64,000 bases of DNA, taken from NCBI GenBank assembly GCA_052327205.1, contig CM126228.1, forward strand, positions 8,246,001 through 8,310,000. Reading direction: 5' to 3'. Source of the stretch: Somniosus microcephalus. Lineage: Eukaryota. Below, in pieces: positions 61,191-64,000 of this stretch. The notes under the pieces are model-generated. The model did not search any database. It was not told where the DNA came from and worked only from the letters and a program-made list of their open reading frames with translations. Made by a program: the position numbers and the translations under genes. Positions within the stretch are counted from its first letter, which is position 1, and the number at the start of each line of letters is the position of its first letter.

Positions 61191-61384
61191 TCAGGTGATC
61201 AGTGGGGCGAGCAGGGCCATGGCGTTGTGTGATGAGACCTCCTGGAATACGTTCAACCAGAGTTTACAACCCTAGTCTAAGCTGGATTTGAACCTAGGTC
61301 CCAGAGTTGAAAGGACAGTGTCTAACCTACTTCCACCACTCAGTTCCTCCCAAACATACAAACTTTTAATGAAAAAGAGTCATT

Positions 61385-62093
61385 GGCCTAGAAATTCGGT
61401 GGGCTGCGCCACCAGTTAGCACCTAAAGAGGGCACTCAGTGGCTTTAGCGCCACTGGCCACGCCTCCCGCGATATTTAGCTGGGGCGCTAATGGCGGCGT
61501 TAGCCTGTTGCGCTGCACCGCCACCGATGACGTCATCGGTGTGCGCAGCGCCCCGCTACCGCCCCGATCTCGATATTCGGTAGCGCCCGCCTCTTAGCAC
61601 CGTTCACAAATCGCACCCAGTTCACGGGGCCTACCTGTGGCGACAGTGGCACAAATTAAGGTGGAGGTGCGGGGCGGCCATTTTTTTCGGCAGCCGCCTG
61701 CCAGCACCTCCGTCCCCGGCCTCCTGATCTCCCCCTGCGGCATTGCCGGCTGTTTTCTGAGAGCCCGGCACTTCTCCTCGGTGCCGGGCTCTTTTGCCGG
61801 CACTCGCGATCTCCGATCGCGCTGGTGCCGGCCCCTCCCCCTTAAGAATGGGAGGAAGGCCGGCAGTACCGCAGCGCGCCGTGCCGCAGCGTGTGGCGCT
61901 GCGGCACGTTGCGCTGTGATATTCCGTTTCAGCGCCCTAAGAGGGACGCGCAGCGCCTCGAGCCTCACCCCGTGTCCCTCTTGGGGCGTTCAAGCTGAAT
62001 TTCCGGCGGTCGCAACTGCTCCGATCGCTGCGCTAATTCCAGTGCCCAGGCGAGCTTGGCGCCCCGTTTGCGGCTCCACCGAATTTCTCCCCC
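61385..62093. mobile_element. GC-rich Harbinger-type MITE, copy 2
   Basis: TIR GGCCTAGAAATTCGGTGG / CCACCGAATTTCTCCCCC, TSD ATT/ATT. Confidence 0.85.
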
Positions 62094-62256
62094 ATTGTGT
62101 TTTAACATTGTTGGCTGTAAGTGAATAATTGGTAATCATTTAATTTTTAGGTGACTGGGTACAGAAATACTGAATTCAATTTGAAAAAATTACACTTTTG
62201 TCTCAACAAACCTCCCTTAGGCTCACATTTTAATCTTCCACTCTGCTCTGTTTTTT

Positions 62257-62281
62257 TATATATATATATATATATATATAA
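62257..62281. repeat. (TA)n microsatellite
   Basis: Seen directly. Confidence 0.9.
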
Positions 62282-62564
62282 AATAAAATGACACAAAATT
62301 ACTTCTTGCACACCTGAAATGGCTTCATCCCTAGTGTGCTGAGAGTACTAATGATTAGCTTTAATCATACTAACACTAAGATAGGGACCCATTTGCGAAC
62401 ATAAATTACACAAACACATCAACATATTTATTAGTAAAATTGTATTTCATCTTTCATAAAGTGAGCACTGAGGTGATTAATTTTCAAAGCTAGCCATGGA
62501 AGTAGCAAAAACAATACCAAAACACAGAAGTGGTTACTGTAATGTTACTTGTTTATTTAAGGTA

Positions 62565-64000
62565 CTAGCTGAAGTGCCCGGCGGTGCCGAGGGTCTTTTG
62601 AGGGCATGTTGTTGTTGGAAGAGAGAGAGAGAGCGACTGGGGGGGAAGAGAGAGAGCGACTGGGGGGAAGAGAGAGAGCGACTGGGGGGGAAGAGAGAGA
62701 GCGACTGGGGGCGAAGAGAGAGAGCGACTGGGGGGGAAGAGAGAGAGCGACTGGGGGGGAAGAGAGAGAGCGACTGGGGGGGAAGAGAGAGAGCGACTGG
62801 GGGGGAAGAGAGAGAGCGACTGGGGGGGAAGAGAGAGAGCGACTGGGGGGGAAGAGAGAGAGCGACTGGGGGGGGAAGAGAGAGAGCGACTGGGGGGGAA
62901 GAGAGAGAGCGACTGGGGGGGAAGAGAGAGAGCGACTGGGGGGGAAGAGAGAGAGCGACTGGGGGGGAAGAGAGAGAGCGACTGGGGGGAAGAGAGAGAG
63001 CGACTGGGGGGGAAGAGAGAGAGCGACTGGGGGGGAAGAGAGAGAGCGACTGGGGGGGAAGAGAGAGAGCGACTGGGGGGAAGAGAGAGAGCGACTGGGG
63101 GGGAAGAGAGAGAGCGACTGGGGGGGAAGAGAGAGAGCGACTGGGGGGGAAGAGAGAGAGCGACTGGGGGGAAGAGAGAGAGCGACTGGGGGGAAGGGGG
63201 GAGCGACTGGGGGGGAGAGAGAGAGCGACTGGGGGGGAGTGGAGGGGAGGAGAGGGGGGGAGGGGAGTGGGGTGGGGGGGAGGGAAGGGGGGGAGAGGGG
63301 GGGAGGGAAGGGGGGGAAGAGGGGGGGAGGGGTGTGGGGGAGGGAAGGGGGGGAGGGAAGGGGAAAGGGGGGTGGGGGGGGAGGGGGAATGGGGGGAGGG
63401 GAAAGGGGGAATGGGGGGAGGGAAGGGAAAGGAGGGAGGGGAGGAAAGGAGGGGAGGGGGGGAAGGAAAGGGGGCGGGGAGGGGGGGAGAAAGGGAGGGG
63501 GGAGCCAGCAGACCCTCTGCCGGCGATGGCTCCGCTGAGCTCCGTGCCACCCCACGCACTGACATGCCGAGCGCAGCGCCCCGGTCAGCCCGAGCCCCGC
63601 CCTCTGGAGGCCGGGCCTGATGCGGCTTGAGACGGCCGATTGCGGTTGGCCGGGCCCGGTTGCCTTGGTAACCCTCCTCCCCTCTCCGCCTCCCGATCTC
63701 CGGGACCGGGCCGCTTGAGACGGCCGATTGCGGCTGGCGAGCCCGGTTGCCGGGGTAACGCTCTCTGCTCCCCCTCCCCTCCCGAGCCCCCCCCCCCCCC
63801 CCCCCGGCTAACCTGCTCGCTTCCCTCTGGCCGCGCTCTGTGTGGAGGTGCGCCGTGCAGCGCGAGCGCGAATTTAGCGCGAGGAGGTTGCAGTGAGCCC
63901 AGCCAGCCTTTACCAAGATGGCTGGTTCGGAATCGGGCCCAGCGGGTGGGGGGGGAAGGGAAAGAGGGGAGGGGGGGGAGGGAAAGGAGGGAGGAGGGGA
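62565..64000 (-). mobile_element. Non-autonomous Helitron, copy C (same family as B), running off the window end
   Basis: A|CTAGCTGAAGTGCCCGGCGGTGCCGAGGGTC...GAGGGCATGTTGTTGTTGGAAGAGAG is nearly identical to 1773-1835, followed by the same minisatellite and a related GC-rich segment. Confidence 0.8.
62620..63240. repeat. Minisatellite, about 27 x 23 nt (GAGAGAGAGCGACTGGGGGGGAA), followed by a polypurine G-run tract to about 63505
   Basis: Tandem units counted by eye. Confidence 0.95.

Noticed and set aside
62620-63240. Regular 23-nt repeats as a CRISPR array
   Set aside because: No unique spacers, no cas genes, eukaryotic intron.
62496-63916. 310-460 aa ORFs on both strands
   Set aside because: Same minisatellite and G-run artefact.
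50178-64000. Terminal MAP2K5 exon (GHPFIVQ.NDGN...)
   Set aside because: Not found by eye; probably lies beyond the window end.

Overview
Eukaryotic, intron-rich window, very likely from a cartilaginous fish (V-SINE/HE1-like, DeuSINE/SacSINE1-like and CR1 repeats typical of sharks). It spans the 3' part of MAP2K5 (MEK5) on the + strand: six coding exons (72, 30, 27, 33, 62 and 46 nt, all GT-AG) encoding PERIAGEQYGIHSDVWSFGISFME-LALGRFPYPQ-IQKNQGSLM-PLQLLQCIVDE-DPPVLPVGEFSEPFVHFITQC-MRKLPTERPAPEELM. The upstream exons and the terminal exon are not seen in the window. The introns hold a 2.5-kb 5'-truncated CR1 LINE, several SINE families, at least five PIF/Harbinger-type TIR elements (one with a Myb/SANT remnant), three non-autonomous Helitrons (two stacked just upstream of the first exon, carrying G-rich minisatellites and promoter-like motifs), and a Penelope-like inverted-repeat insertion with hammerhead ribozyme cores. 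That insertion interrupts an unexplained decayed minus-strand reading frame. There is a 165-N gap beside the 27-nt microexon. All family names come from recognition by eye and memory; no database search was run.
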